From Eledone cirrhosa (taxonomy: Eukaryota), in assembly GCA_964016885.1 (NCBI GenBank), contig OZ024741.1, forward strand, positions 407,588,001 through 407,652,000: a stretch of DNA of 64,000 nt, read 5' to 3'. Position 1 is the first letter of the stretch. Each line of letters opens with the position of its first letter. The notes under the pieces were generated by a model. It saw nothing but the letters and a program-made list of their open reading frames with translations, was not told where the DNA came from and ran no database searches. Below are positions 12,551 to 26,766 of this stretch, piece by piece. Made by a program: the position numbers and the translations under genes.

Positions 12551-13192
12551 ATGGTCCAATCCAATAAAAACTCCTCTATAAAAACTAAACTACCTTCTAC
12601 ATTCTTTAAACTAATAGATAAGCACTCCCCTACACTACAAACGCATCAGAACACATCACAACAAAACATAAATAGGCCTAAATCACAACCCACCCACAAC
12701 AACTTACAAAACCGCAACGTTGAACCTGCACACAATAAAACCTCAATAAAACCTTATCCGATAGGTGGCAATTACCACCTACCAGATAAGTGCCCACTAC
12801 GGAATAGATGCCTGGATTTGAGTATGGTATACCTGTGTACTATAAATTCAGGCACCTCTTCTTGGCACTACATAGGTTCCACGGCTGGGGAGTTCAAGAA
12901 AAGGTGGTACGTCCACAGACACTCCATGAAGAACTGTAGACTGGAGAACTCTACGATGCTCGCCAATAAAATCTGGTTGCTTAAAGACAAAAACCTAGAA
13001 TATAAGATTAGCTGGTCAAAATTATCGGTAGCAAGAGCCTACAGCAACGGAATGTCCCACTGCGGGCTTTGTAATTTAGAATTACTACATTTTAAAAGGC
13101 ATGATGGGATGCTGCTTAACAGCAAAATAGAAAGATCAGTTTTCTGTAGGCATAAAATAGCTACTAGATTCACAAATTTTAAACCACCATGA
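12551..13192 (+). pseudogene. PLE RT thumb end plus GIY-YIG endonuclease
   Basis: FFKLIDKH..CPL...CL...VY....YIGST..FKKR...H...ST.LA..IW.LK....I.W...CGLCNLE...LLNSK.E....CRH. Confidence 0.85.
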
Positions 13193-13829
13193 TTTTATCC
13201 AGCAATCCCAAAATTAGAACTGAACCACCTAGATTTTAACATATAGAACACATACTATCGCACTGCTATTAGCTGTCAAACGGCCAACTGTTCACTGGAT
13301 CATAAATCTCTGAACATCTCTTTCACCCTCTCTCCCTGAAACAGCATCAACCCCATTAGGATAGAACAATCAGCAAAACATTTACAACGAGCGTTTTTCA
13401 AATGTCTCGTCATCCCTAGCCCATAAATCTCATACATGTATCCACCAATTAATCTTTAATTTATTGTTTTTTTCTTTTATCTGTCACTACATCGGACCCT
13501 TTACACGTATCTATGTACATCTCGAATCTGGTTTTTCATGTTAGCACTAAACCCACCAATGAATCTTTATAAGAACACTGACTTAAAACTACTACCAACA
13601 TACTATGTAGTGACACGCTATCACTTATCCTGATTTCTTTCTTTATATTTTCCATTTTCTCATTTTCTTACTTTTTAATGTACCCTATCTTATCTTTTAC
13701 TTTTTACTTTTTACATCTGTAACTTCTCTACTGATTTACCATATATGTTTTATTATTGATGTTATTGTTTTGATTATACGCTATTTTTCGATATAAGTCT
13801 TGCCTCGAGTGAATTACTTTCATATCTAC

Positions 13830-13932
13830 GTGCTCTGATGTGTTGACCAGAGGTAAATAATGTATTGGAGATCGAATGACGCAACCTCAAGCGATTCTAG
13901 ACTCACCTGTTCAACGAAACAATTGTCAGTAC
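13830..13932 (+). ncRNA. Type I hammerhead with extended helix II in the PLE tail; A9 mutated to U
   Basis: GTGCT-CTGATGT-GTTGA..(~64 nt)..TCAAC-GAAA-CAATTG-TC-AGTAC. Confidence 0.7.
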
Positions 13933-13981
13933 TTTAAATAAAGCCCCTTATTGTACAGCCAACCATGTACTCTTCATTCTT

Positions 13982-14043
<62 letters not shown>

Positions 14044-14210
14044 TACACACACGCAAACACACACACACACATGTATATATTTGTGCATGTATGTATATAT
14101 ATACATACTACTGTACGTCTGTATACATATATGTATGTACGTGTACATAGTTATATTTAAGTAACAGCCGTACTAAGAGTGAGAAATGAAATTTCGTTTC
14201 ATTTTTTTCC

Positions 14211-14252
<42 letters not shown>

Positions 14253-14322
14253 GGCTATGATTTACTGCAGTACTGCACATTAAAAAAAAGTCAAATACTT
14301 ATGGTCACGTCTCTTCAGTGTT

Positions 14323-14378
<56 letters not shown>

Positions 14379-14849
14379 CCATGACTATAATTTACTGCGC
14401 TACTGCACTCTGACGAAGTCAAACAGAAACTATAATTCTTAAAAAGACAATAATGAAATAACTAATTTACTTCCAACATAACGTAGTTTCAATATTTAGT
14501 TTCATAATTTCAGAAATTGTAGAGATATTAAAACCTCATTAGGCAATCTTTTCTGGTGATCGATAACGATCAATAATTGTGTCTTTATTGCCAATATTTA
14601 AGTTTAGTTGCCTTCTACTTTGTTTAATGTTGGTTTGCTGTTGTTGATTTTTATAAACCACAGGCCAATTATTTTCAATGTAATTTCAAATATTCCTAAT
14701 TAATTTAATAAATGCTATTTCCTCTTCCAGCCGAAGATGCCGTTTGTACATATATACACACACATACACATACAACCACCCACAAAGATATATATATATA
14801 CATATATACATACATATATTCATACCCCCTCCCCCTACCCCCCACACAG

Positions 14850-14893
<44 letters not shown>

Positions 14894-15041
14894 ACATTCG
14901 TTCAAATGTACATACATACTTAGGTACGTACTTATGAATACACATACATAGATACATACATATATACATAATGCCTAGACATACATACATACATGCACAA
15001 ATATAAATATACATATACATATATAAATATACATACACATA

Positions 15042-15072
<31 letters not shown>

Positions 15073-15119
15073 ACACACACACACACATATATATATATAC
15101 ATATGTTACATACACACAT

Positions 15120-15520
15120 ACATACATATATGTATGTATATATACATGTGTGTGTCTCTCTATATGTATGTATATATACATGTGTGTTTCTATATGTAAG
15201 TATGTATATATACATGTGTTTCTATATATGTATATATACATGTGTGTGTCTCTATATATGTATATATACATGTGTGTCTCTATATATGTATATATCCATG
15301 TGTGTTTCTATATGTATGTATATATACATGTGTGTTTCTATATATGTATATATACATGTGTGTTTCTATATATGTATATATACATGTGTGTGTCTCTATA
15401 TATGTATATATACATGTGTCTCTATATATATGTATATATACATGTGTGTTTCTATATATATGTATATATACATGTCTCTCAATATGTATGTATATATACA
15501 TGTGTGTCTCTATATGTATG
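15120..15520. repeat. Compound minisatellite, ~24-30 bp, TATATGTATATATACATGTGTGTTTC
   Basis: Direct inspection. Confidence 0.9.
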
Positions 15521-15603
15521 TTGGTGTAAATAATTGTCTGGAAATATTTTCTGTGTGATTGAAAAGTTCAGAGGAAAATCAGACATACACTTATATAAAC
15601 ACG

Positions 15604-16090
15604 GAGGTATGTGGCCTAGTGGTAAGGGTGTTACTTACGATCATAATGTCGTGGGTTCGATTCCTGGACTGGGTGATACATGGCCTAGTGGTAAGGGTGT
15701 TGGACTTATGATCGTAATGTCATGGGTTTGATTCCTGAGATGGGTGGTACGTGGCCTAGTGGTAAGGGTGTTGGACTTATGATCGTAATGTCATGGGTTT
15801 GATTCCTGAGATGGGTGGTACGTGGCCTAGTGGTAAGGGTGTTACTTACGATTATAATGTCGCGGGTTCGATTCCTGGACTGGGTGGTACGTGGCCTAGT
15901 GGTAAGGGTGTTACTTACGATTATAATGTCGCGGGTTCGATTCCTGGACTGGGTGGTACGTGGCCTAGTGGTAAGGGTGTTACTTACGATTATAATGTCG
16001 CGGGTTCGATTCCTGGACTGGGTGGTACGTGGCCTAGTGGTAAGGGTGTTACTTACGATTATAATGTCGCGGGTTCGATTCCTGGACTGG
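15604..16090 (+). repeat. Seven head-to-tail 69/71-bp tRNA-like SINE-head units
   Basis: Units start at 15604, 15673, 15744, 15815, 15884, 15953, 16022; A box TGGCCTAGTGG and B box GGTTCGATTCC (GGTTTGATTCC in units 2-3); last four units identical. Confidence 0.9.
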
Positions 16091-16308
16091 TTGCCTCTAC
16101 GAAATATTTATTAGCCAAAATCCCTGTAAAGTAATATTCTGTCGATATATTCTCGAATCTTCTTCTCTGATTTGTTTTAAAACAGACTTTTTCTCGTAAT
16201 TTTATGCTGAGCTTTGAAGTACTTATATTTTTCTACATATACACACACTCACATACACTCACGCACATACAGACATATATACATACACACACATACAACA
16301 AACACCTT

Positions 16309-16382
<74 letters not shown>

Positions 16383-16400
16383 CAATATACACACACACAT

Positions 16401-16468
<68 letters not shown>

Positions 16469-16474
<6 letters not shown>

Positions 16475-16599
16475 AAAGAATGAAGAATAACATGGTCGGC
16501 TGTACAAGGGGCTTTATTTCAAGTAGAAACAATTGTTTCTACTTGAAATAAAGCCCCTTGTTGTACAGCCAACCATGTTACTCTTCATTCTTTAACTAT
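16469..16599. repeat. Palindrome of the PLE tail segment seen at 13916-13986
   Basis: Axis GAAACAA|TTGTTTC; right arm AAATAAAGCCCCTTGTTGTACAGCCAACCATGTTACTCTTCATTCTTTAACTAT matches 13936-13988. Confidence 0.85.
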
Positions 16600-16709
16600 T
16601 ATTACTCCAAGTATAACCTGCATAGGAATTCTCGCGAACTCGCTGCCTATCTAAGGAAACATCTTGTTGAATGAAACAATTCCGTACGTTAAAACTATCC
16701 ATAGTACAG

Positions 16710-17025
16710 AGTACTTTGGCTGCCTTATGTGTCTCGAGATGTGGGATGTATTGATAGATGTAACTGAATGTGGTGGTCACTTGAGCGCTTTGGCTGCCTC
16801 ATGTGTTTCAAGACATGGGATATATTGATAGATGTAACTGACCGTGGTCATTGGAGCACTTTGGCTGCCTCATGTGTCTGAACATGTAGGATATATTAAT
16901 AGATGTAACTGACCATGGTAGTCATTGGAGCATTTTGGTTGCGTTCTGTGTCTCAAGACATAGATGTAACTGACCGTGGTGGTCACTTGAGCACTTTGGC
17001 TACCTCATCTGTCTCAAGATGTGGT
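16710..17025. repeat. Diverged ~72-bp minisatellite, about 4.5 units
   Basis: GAGCACTTTGGCTGCCTCATGTGTCTCAAGA...ATAGATGTAACTGACCGTGGT recurs. Confidence 0.85.
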
Positions 17026-17059
17026 AGTTTCTGAGTACTAAAAATAATTAAATGTAAAG

Positions 17060-17380
17060 GATTAGCCAAATCGGTAGAGCGTCGGTGAAGGTCAACATTG
17101 CCTTTCATCCTCCTGGGATACAATAACATATTACACAAGTACTGGCATTGATTTAATCAATGTTTCTCTTCTCAGAAATGTTCGGGCCTTGTAGCTAATT
17201 TACAAACCACTATTAATATAGTTAGGCATCGATTTGGCAGATTCGTTAGAACGTCAGATAGAATGCTTGCGGCGTTCGTTTCGTCTCTTCTCTTTGAGTT
17301 CAAATCCCACCGAGGTGATCTTTGCATTTCATCCACACCAGGTTGATAAAAAAAAATACCATTCTAATACTGGTGATTGA
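17060..17380 (+). mobile_element. Two old, diverged SINE copies
   Basis: TCGGTAGAGCGTCGG..TTGCCTTTCATCC and TTGGCAGATTCGTTAG..GAGTTCAAATCCCACCGAGG. Confidence 0.65.
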
Positions 17381-18008
17381 TTCTTCCTTTATATCTCTTT
17401 CTTTCATCCTTTCTGACACTATCCTTCTCTGGGAGAAATTTACTGTACTCAGACCTGGATTGGGCTCCGCCAGGGTTTAAAATACCCAAGAAACGCCATA
17501 TGTCAATATGACACCCCTACAATTCCCCAGGATTTACGGGATCATGCAAGCATGAAATATATTATATAAAAAGAGTATATTATCTTGTACTGTACAGTAT
17601 AATTATGTGTGTGTTATATAGATTCCTCACGTTTGATATCCAAATAGTATCATATCCCACACAGTACAATATGAGGTTATGTGTGTAATATAGATATCTT
17701 CCGTTTGATATCCTGCTGAGAGATTTCAAAAGGAAGTGTGCTCCGTTGATTGACAAGATAAATATAAGATGATTGGTGACAAGAAACTATGGCCATATCA
17801 GCCGTCTATTTATAAGTCAAAGTATTTGTTGTCTTAGAACTGAAACAAATATTAGTTTCTATGTATTCCAGTGTTTTACACACTGCCATAGTCAGCGGGG
17901 AATATAAGATTATTTTACTGTCAGTTATATTTACCTGTCATAATATATATATGTATGTATATATATATATATATAGTTAAAAGAATAGAGGTGTAACACA
18001 CAAGTTAT

Positions 18009-18557
<549 letters not shown>

Positions 18558-18775
18558 GGTAAACCGAAATACCAAAACAATCGGTACAGTATATGGAAGG
18601 AATATATTAGGTTAACGCTTGAAATAGCATATATATGTGTGTGTGTGCGCGTGACTGTGTGTTTGTGTGTGTGTGTGCATTGCTTGCATATGTTTACTCA
18701 CATTATCATAGTGTCATTATTATAATCTAATTATAATCAATATTATCATAGTCTCATTATTATAATCTAATTAAA

Positions 18776-19135
18776 GGGCGGTGGATTGGCAGTATCGGTA
18801 GAGGGTCGGACGCCATGCTTTGACGCACAGAGTTACGGCCCTTTATGGTCTGAGTTCAAATCCCGCTGAGGTTAACTTTGCCTTTCATCCTTACGGGGTC
18901 GATAAAATAAAGTACCAGTAATACACTGGGATAATTGCTGGCCTTGTGCCAAAAGTAGAAACAATTATTATAATCTAATTATAATTAGGTCGTTAGAATG
19001 GTAGTATCGGTAGAGCGTCGGACAACATGCTTTGTAGCATATAGTTACGGCCCTTTGCGCTCTAAGTTGAAATCCCACGGAGGTTAGCTTTTACTTTCAT
19101 CTCTACGGGGTCGATAAAATATAGTACCAGGAGTG
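18776..19135 (+). mobile_element. Two tandem SINEs; the first has an apparent TSD
   Basis: Family consensus; ATTATTATAATCTAATTA flanks both sides of 18776-18965. Confidence 0.85.
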
Positions 19136-19339
19136 CCTGGTAAAAGGAACTATCGACTTGGAATTAAATTATGATAACTGTTTCTGATTTAGTCATAAGG
19201 CCAGCAATAGATGAACCTGTATTTCCTAATGGAGTCGTAGGTGCGCCATAGTGATATACAGCACAATATGGACATTTTAAACCTGGTGGAGCGCATCCGA
19301 TTCCTGGTTAGAGACAGGAATAGTATAGTTAAATATTAA

Positions 19340-19800
19340 ATAGACAGATATCTAAATATTGTAGATAATGAACACAGCCACAGGGATATGGTCTGAACGT
19401 GGAAGAGCCGAACTCCCACTGTCAGCGCCTCCATCTCTCTGTATGAGGAGCAAGGGGAGTCCCACGTGCTGGGCTCTCCACAGCCCCGGCGGACAGAATG
19501 GAGGTGTTTCCCCGGAGGGCGGAAAGGGAGACGCGCTGGAAAAGCCATTCCAGCTTGCGAGGCTCACACCTGCGGCTGGCCAGCTCAGCGCCTATGGTGA
19601 TGAGTAGGGAGGTAGCCCTAGGGCCGAGAACACCAGAAGTCTCCACTGCTTCAGGTAGCCCGGTCTGTACCTATGGTGATGAGGAGGGAGGTAGCCCTAG
19701 GGCCGAGAATACAAGAAGTCACCACTGCCAAGGGTACAACCACAGACCTGTCGGAGAACGACCGATATTTGAAGAGTTTGGTCTCCTCATCCCGAGGGCA
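19340..19800 (-). mobile_element. Second CRE-clade 3' fragment with an internal duplication
   Basis: ETSGVLGPRATSLLITIGAELASRRCEPRKLEWLFQRVSLSALRGN; homologous to 10186-10460; 19592-19648 repeated at 19671-19727. Confidence 0.75.
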
Positions 19801-19904
19801 GTAGTACATGTCAATAATGACTAGAGCCACGTAGATATAGCAACGGACCGTTATATGGCTTTAGAATCCATCGGATTTGATTTGACTATTAACTACCAAT
19901 ATGA

Positions 19905-20062
19905 TTAATTGTTTCTACTTTTTGCACAAGGCCAGCAATGACCCAGTGTATTACTGGTACTTTATTTTATCGACCCCGTAAGGATGAAAGGCAAAGTTAA
20001 CCTCGGCTGGATTTATGCGTCAAAGCATGGCGTCCGACCCTCTACAGATACTGCCAATCCAC
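19905..20062 (-). mobile_element. SINE with internal deletion and an 18-bp TSD
   Basis: Family consensus; ACTACCAATATGATTAAT at 19892-19909 and 20061-20078. Confidence 0.85.
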
Positions 20063-20239
20063 TACCAATATGATTAATACCCAGTAATATACTGGTGGTC
20101 ATTAAATCAACCAAACATTCTCCATTAAAACACATCTGCCCATATATTTATGGTTATATCGATTACATACAGCCATACCCTCAATATTTAAGTCAAGTGT
20201 TTTATATTTATTCAAGCTCGTGCGAATATTTCAACAAAG

Positions 20240-20640
20240 GATCTTCTTCTCCTTCTCCTGCTCCTCCTCCTCCTTCTTCTACTTCTCCTTTCCCCCTTCT
20301 CCTTCTTCTTCTTCTTCTTCTTCTTCTTATTTTTTTTCTTGTCCTCCTCCTCCTCCTCCTACCCCTTGTCCTTCTTTTTCTTCTTCTTCTGCTCCCACTT
20401 ATTCCTGAAAGGGTCCTGTCAGAAATAACCGTCTTCCAACTGATCCAGCTGGATCCTCAAGTGAGACCAGCCAAGCTCATGGATGTTATCCAACCATCTG
20501 CCACTGGGTCTACCCCTGGGTCTTCTGCCGGTTTGGTTTTGTCCGTAAAAATCTGTCCAGCGATTCTTTTCTTGAGATATTCTAACCGCAGAGCTGCTAC
20601 TTCTCCGAATTGAGAGATCCCAGCCCAGATATTATGGGGC
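20240..20640 (-). mobile_element. 3' end of an RTE-clade (Rex3/Expander-like) LINE with a (GAA/GGA)n tail
   Basis: Minus-strand hand translation GRRPRGRPSGRWLDNIHELGWSHLRI, then purine triplet repeats at 20390-20240. Confidence 0.65.
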
Positions 20641-21279
20641 ATGTATTTGAACAAAAGCTTAATTCACCTAATTCTATTAGTAAGACTGCAATCAAAGCAT
20701 AAAATATTAGACTTTCACAGTTTTCAGATATTTCCTATTCACATACACAGACACGTTTCAATTTGAATAACAATTAATAGTCCTATTTCTTTTATATTCC
20801 ATCTACTCCCATTTACATTATAGCCATTCATCTTGTTTTCTTTTGCATGTAGTGTACATATCACCCTACCTCTGGTCTTGGGAGTTTCCCTATAAATGTA
20901 TGCACCAGCATGCGCAAACTCGTGACCTATCTATCTATCTATCTATCTATCTTTTGTTAGAATCTAGCTGTCGTCTGTTCTACAGTGTGGATGTAATTCA
21001 CTTCGCGCAGAAGTTTTGTTCAAATTTATTGCGGAAATTTTGTGAGTTCAAATTTAATTTTGATACGATTGTGTAGCTTGACCCCCCGTCTGAACAGTCA
21101 GGCGGTGGGTCAGCTCATCTTTACCCCTCCTAGAGGTGAAAAACCTGTTTTAAAAAATTATGTGGCAAAAAAATTTCAATCGTCTAACAGAAATGTTAAT
21201 CGCAGCGAACGAAAATAGTGGTGGGGGACAGCGGTAAGAGTTGTAAGCTCGCACGCTTTAGTCCCCTCTTCCTTCCCAA

Positions 21280-23091
21280 CTAACGTCATAGAGAAGGAAG
21301 GAAAAATAAAAATAAAAACAGACGAATCTGCGGAGAAAAAAAATGACGAAAACACAAATCTGGACATGGATTCCAACAACGGAAAAAAAAAAATTTGAAA
21401 AATTGCATGACAATACTAATAACACAAACAAAGACACAACAAACACAAAAATAACATTTGAAAATAACACCATAACAGAAAGCAAAGCAGACGACAAGAT
21501 TTCATTTGCACAGACAACAAAGAAATCTTTGACTTATATACCCGAAAATATTTCAGATGTGGCACGATGAATCACAGACGCCAAACAATACATAAGTGAA
21601 GGAGAGAATGGTATTTTATCGGTAAAAATGCCTCAAGAATTCACCAAAGACATTGAAAGCCGAACGGTCAAGTTCCGCACCATCAACAACACTTCAAAAA
21701 AAACCTGAACAGCCTTCTCAAGCAGATATCAAAACAGTACTCACAGAAGTACTTAATGAAACCACTTTCATAAGAAAAGACAGACTGTATGGAAGCCTAG
21801 CAATTATCATGAAGAACGAATCGGCGGCAAAAAAATGTGCTTTGTCACCGATTCGTTCGAAAAGTTTTACCTTTTATCCATCTTATATGGGTAAAAGAAC
21901 TCAACGCATATGGCTGGATGCAATGATGCCAGATGTGGACTACTGCTGGCTCATAGCTGGCTTCATCGATCCAGTGAATGACAACGTGATTTCCATTGGG
22001 AAAACCACAGGCAATGCGTTCAGTGGAACATGTATAGAGCTGGTAGTGCAAATGAAGCCTGAACGCATCGCCCAAATACCCGACAGAATCCTATTAGAGG
22101 GCCACGGGTATATAAACATTAGCGTGGAGGGGAGAAGGCCGTCCTGCCATATCTGTGCAGGCAGAGGGCACCTGAAGGCCGCTTGTTCCCAACTCAACAA
22201 AAAGAAAACCCTGCTACCAACACCAGCTCCACTACCACCACCACAACAGATAAACAAACAACAAAACTCAGTCCCACCCAACCCGTCCCTCAGTAAAACC
22301 ACACCACCACCACAACACAAACAGTCACAACACATTACCCCAAAACAAAATGCAGGCCCACCCAACCTCTCACTCAATAAAACAACACAACCACCGCAGA
22401 CACAACACACAACACAGTCTAACATAGTGACATCCATCTCCCCCACAAAGAAAACCAACACCGAAACATTACCAGCAAACATACCTCTTCCCTCCAACAC
22501 TGAAGATAACCCAACGAATTCGGAGGAAGAAACGGAGTCCTTCAGACAGATTAAAAGGAAAAAAGAAAACATGTGCAAAACACAGAAGGCCAAACAACCC
22601 CCACCCAAATCTCAACACAATCTAACAAAACAGAAAACACCCCTCCAGCAACAAACAAAACCAAACCTGCCCCTCCCCTCTTCGAAACACTCACACCATC
22701 CGAAAAAAAGACATTACACTATACTTACATCAACAGAAACAATAATAAATTAAATGAACTCATAAACAATAATCCTTCGGTACAAACCGAAGGTGTAAAC
22801 TTTGTTTCTTCAGAAAACTACCCACATTTAAAATTAATAAAGATCCCAATGAACCTCTACCAAAAACTAAAAAAGGATTTTAAGGAGGACGTAGGACCAC
22901 CCTCTGTCAAACCCATAAACCGCGTCCTACTAAAAAGCTTTCCCCCTCCCCTTCCCCTCCCCAACACAACTCCAAACACCCCCACCCCACCACACACTGA
23001 CGACCCCACACCACCACAAGACACCCCTTCACCCAACACCCCCGACCCCATGGAAGTCGTGCAACCCGAACCCCGGGAAGCGGAAAGGTAG
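21280..23091 (+). pseudogene. Copy A ORF1 (gag-like, CCHC knuckle, Pro/Gln/Thr-rich); disrupted
   Basis: VEGRRPSCHICAGRGHLKAAC; homologous to 31350-33214 across stops and frameshifts; start approximate. Confidence 0.8.
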
Positions 23092-23124
23092 GTCTCTACA
23101 CTCTCCTTTGGCTTTGCCGCCCAC

Positions 23125-26100
23125 ATGGATGTGTTAAGAGTAGAATGTTTGAATGCACGTGGCCTGGGCTCAACTTGGAAGCAAGCAAAGCTTCTAAATG
23201 ACCTCAGGTCATGTAGTATAAATGTAATGGTTATCTGTGAGACTCGAATCAGCGTCGTGTGGCAGCTGGCCCCCACCTTCGATGACTTTGAGGTGCATGC
23301 ATCTCTCTGTCAACCTGGAGGTGGGGGTGGGATTGTCGTACTGCTGCAAAAACACCTGGGTCTTACCGTACAGGTTGTGCACTCGGACCCGGAGGGTCGT
23401 TTGTTGGTGCTAGACGTTGGCAGTAGTGAAAGTGTGGCCTTGAGACTGGTCGCCGTCTACTCCCCTTTCGGAGCTGAACGGCCCGACTTCTTCCAGCGTT
23501 TGGAGACTTTTCTGGGAACGTCGCGTTCCCTGCTTCTAGCGGGGGATTGGAATGACATCCTAGATGCACGTTGGGACTATGCAGGAGCATGTCCTAATAG
23601 AGGGGGTGTAACAGCCTCAAGGGGTTACTCGACCGTTTTAACTTGGTCGATAGATATCGACTAGATTTTCCAACTGTGCCTACCTGGACTTGGAGAAACC
23701 ACAGTGGTCAATCTAGATCGTACTTATATAGATTCTTAGTTAGAAGTAAGGATAGGGACATATTAAGCTGTCCAGAAATGCGCACGGTTGGCTACACGGA
23801 TCACAAATTAGTGACCTGCGTAGTCAATCTCGAGAAAACACATAAACAGGGTCCCGGTAACTGGAAACTTAATTTGTCTTTACCGGCAAAAGAGACTTAC
23901 AGAAACCGGATTAGCAGTTAAGGAGAGGTTGACGGGTGCAATCGTCAACAACCGATGGTGGGCATCTCTCAAAAGAGAGATTAGAACAGAATCAATAAGT
24001 TATAGCAAGATGTTAGCTGCCGATAGGAATAGAAACGAGAAAGAATTAACAGGTAAATTAGAAGAGGCAATCAAGAGCGAAGATGTGGCCAGAGTGCTGG
24101 CATCGAGGACGGCCTTGAACCAGTTTTTCGATGCAAAGCACGAAGGCTGCGTCATTCGAAGTAAAATACGTGCTCTAGGTAATGAGGGGGCCAAAGCCGT
24201 TGGCTGGGCCCGCGTGACAGAAGCTAAGAGTGGAAATCAATCCACCATCCGGTCGTTGCAAGACGAAGATGGACGGGTGATCCGAGAGCCTAAGCAGATG
24301 TGCGAGGCCTTTCAAAGGCACTTTGCCCGATTGTTCGGTGGAGGCGAGGGTCCGGGCGGGGGCGTGGATTTCGGTCCATACCTCGACGGCCTGCCGCGTC
24401 TCTCGAGCGAAGAGGCAGAGTCCTGCGAGGGACCAATCTCGGCTGATGAGATCGGAGATGCGCTGAGCCAATGCAGCAGACGCAAATCTCCAGGTCTCGA
24501 TGGTATACCTTACGAACTTTATTTAGCAATGCCGGTCTTCTTCTCCGAACTCCTCGAAGCGGTCTACTGCAATTGGCAGCAGAACGGGAGAATTCCTTGT
24601 TCTGTAGCCAAGGGCGTAGTCACGCTGGTGAGGAAGGACGAGAACAAGGGAGATAGTATAAATAATTTTCGGCCCATAACCCTGCTAAACACAGAGTTAA
24701 AGATGTTGGCCAAGGTGTTAGCAAAGAGGTTGGCGCTTGTCGTGGGTGGCCTGGTGGGAGATGCGCAGACATGTGCTATCCCATCCAGGTCCATTCACGA
24801 TAACCTCCACCTCATGCGATACATCATAGAGAGGGTTGGCAACAAACCCGGCTTCGGTGGGGCCCTGATCAACTTGGATCAGTCTAAGGCCTTCGATAGG
24901 GTCGACCATGGTTACCTGGATGCGGTGCTAGCGGCGGCTGGGTTCGTTCCTGTTTTCAGAGGCTGGATCACTGCCTTACATAGCAACCACATCTGTTCTA
25001 GGATCAAGGTGAACGGCTACCTTTCGAAGCCGTTCGAAATCACACGATCCATTCGACAAGGGGGCCCTCGCTCCTCCCTTCTGTACGTATTGACACTCGA
25101 GCCTTTACTGAGGAAGTTGGAGTTGTTGCAGGGTATCCCCCTGGAACCAGGATTGAGCAAAGTGGTGTCGGCCTACGCCGATGACGTAACAGTAATGGTA
25201 TCGACCGACTCGGAGATCGAGGCGATCGGTACCTTACTGGAGGATTACGAAAGGTTGTCAGGAGCGAAACTGAACCGGGAAAAATCCATCGGGCTGCAAC
25301 TCGAAACGTGGAGAGGCAGACCGATGCCTCCTGACGGAGGGCCCGGTAAAGTTGCTTGGGGTCTGGTTTGGACCGGACCTCCAGGTGGAAAAGAACTGGA
25401 ACGAGGTTACGAACAAGGTGTTTGCACTAACCCAGAAATGGGCCAAGTGTAAGCTGTCCCTAAAAGGCCGGGCGGAGGTAGCGAACATTTACATAGCGAC
25501 CGTCACTTACTACCGCCTGACTGTCGTGCCTTGCCCTAAGGAAACACTCACCACCATGGAACGCATGCTCTTCCAATTTCTTTGGAAGAAGCGCCCTCCT
25601 ATGGTGAGAAGATCCATCTGCTGCCAACAACCTTCGAAAGGAGGGCTGGGGATGCCGTGGTTGATGATGCGTAGGCACGCATTAAGGCTACGGCACCTAC
25701 AGGTATTCCTCACTGGTCAACCGGTGTGGGCTCCGTTCGTGAAACGAGCCTTTCCGAGACTCGTCTCGCTCACCGAGCTACAGTCCTGGGTCAAGCAAAG
25801 ATCCGGAAAACTGGGAGACTGGCACACTGAGTGTGCTCAGGCGCTCAGGGCTCTCTGGCAAGCGGGCCAGGCCATCGGTGGAGAATCCACCTCATCATTC
25901 TATAGAGGGCTGGTGGCTAGCAGGGGCGATGACACCCTTGGAGAGTCGCTGGACATGGAAGAAGACGAACTGGCCAGCCTGTTCGGTAGGACTTTCGGCC
26001 CAGGACCAATGGACAACTTCCAGAAGTCACTGGCCTGGCAGTGCTACCGGGGGCTCTACCCGTTCGAGAGAGGCTCTACGGACACGGGCGCCCGGGCAGG

Positions 26101-26535
26101 GATCCCTCAAAAAAGATTTGCCCTAGATGCATGTGTCACGAAGAAACTGTTGCGCACGCATTGGTGCAATGTCCGGGCGTGGCTGATCTGTGGGGCGACG
26201 CCGAACGACTGCTGTCACGGGTGGCGCCGATTCAATTGACCGCCGAGTCCGTGATGACAATCAAGCCGCCTCCCCTCTTCACAAAGGAAGCAAAGGCGGT
26301 TTTTCTGTGCGTAATAGCCATGTTGAAAGAGGTTGTTTGGTGGACACGATTGAAAGGTCTGAGGTCAGGCAACTTCCTCTCTGGCCATAGTCTGGTCTAC
26401 TTCTTCCGATATCACTTCGGAAGAAGGATAAGAATGGAGAGAGAGGTGCTTGGCCACAGGCAGTTTTATGAAAGGTGGGTGATAGTGGCGAGAATGGCTC
26501 GTGTAAATGGGCCTTCTCTGTATACCATCCTGTAG
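23125..26535 (+). pseudogene. Copy A ORF2 (APE endonuclease, RT, C-terminal CCHC); frameshifted
   Basis: LNARGL, GDWN, TDH, KSPGLDG, FRPITLLN, DQSKAFD, YADD, KGGLG, CPRC..ETVAHALVQC. Confidence 0.92.
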
Positions 26536-26766
26536 GTAAAGAAGTAAAGGAGAGCGGAGCACCTTCTCCATGTGCTCCCCGGGCAAAGGATTGCATACTT
26601 TTTCGGGAGTGTGTGCAACCCCCATCACGTCCCCTCCCTTTTGAGGTTATTTTCGATTATTTTCATGTTACACCCTTTTTACTCGATTGTATGTAAACTC
26701 CCCCTTTGTATTTGTCCCTGCTTTTTATGCCTTTATGGTAAATAAAGAAATACATCTATCTATCTC

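Larger units (their letters stand above)
20953..26753 (+). mobile_element. Tx1-like non-LTR retrotransposon copy A, near full length, degenerate
   Basis: ORF1, ORF2 and 3' UTR ending AATAAAGAAATAC; (CTAT)n on both sides. Confidence 0.9.

Noticed and set aside
14405-14440. Further hammerhead-like strings (14410, 9435, 11035, 44298)
   Set aside because: Core boxes mutated and helix I or III not supportable; could be chance.
15604-16090. CRISPR array, real tRNA genes, or a 23-aa repeat protein
   Set aside because: No unique spacers; I could not fold convincing acceptor and anticodon stems; the ORF arises because 69 is a multiple of 3 and the 71-bp units break frame.
20095-20613. 172-aa ORF with a poly-Leu pseudo-TM segment
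   Set aside because: Antisense of the RTE fragment and its (GAA)n tail.
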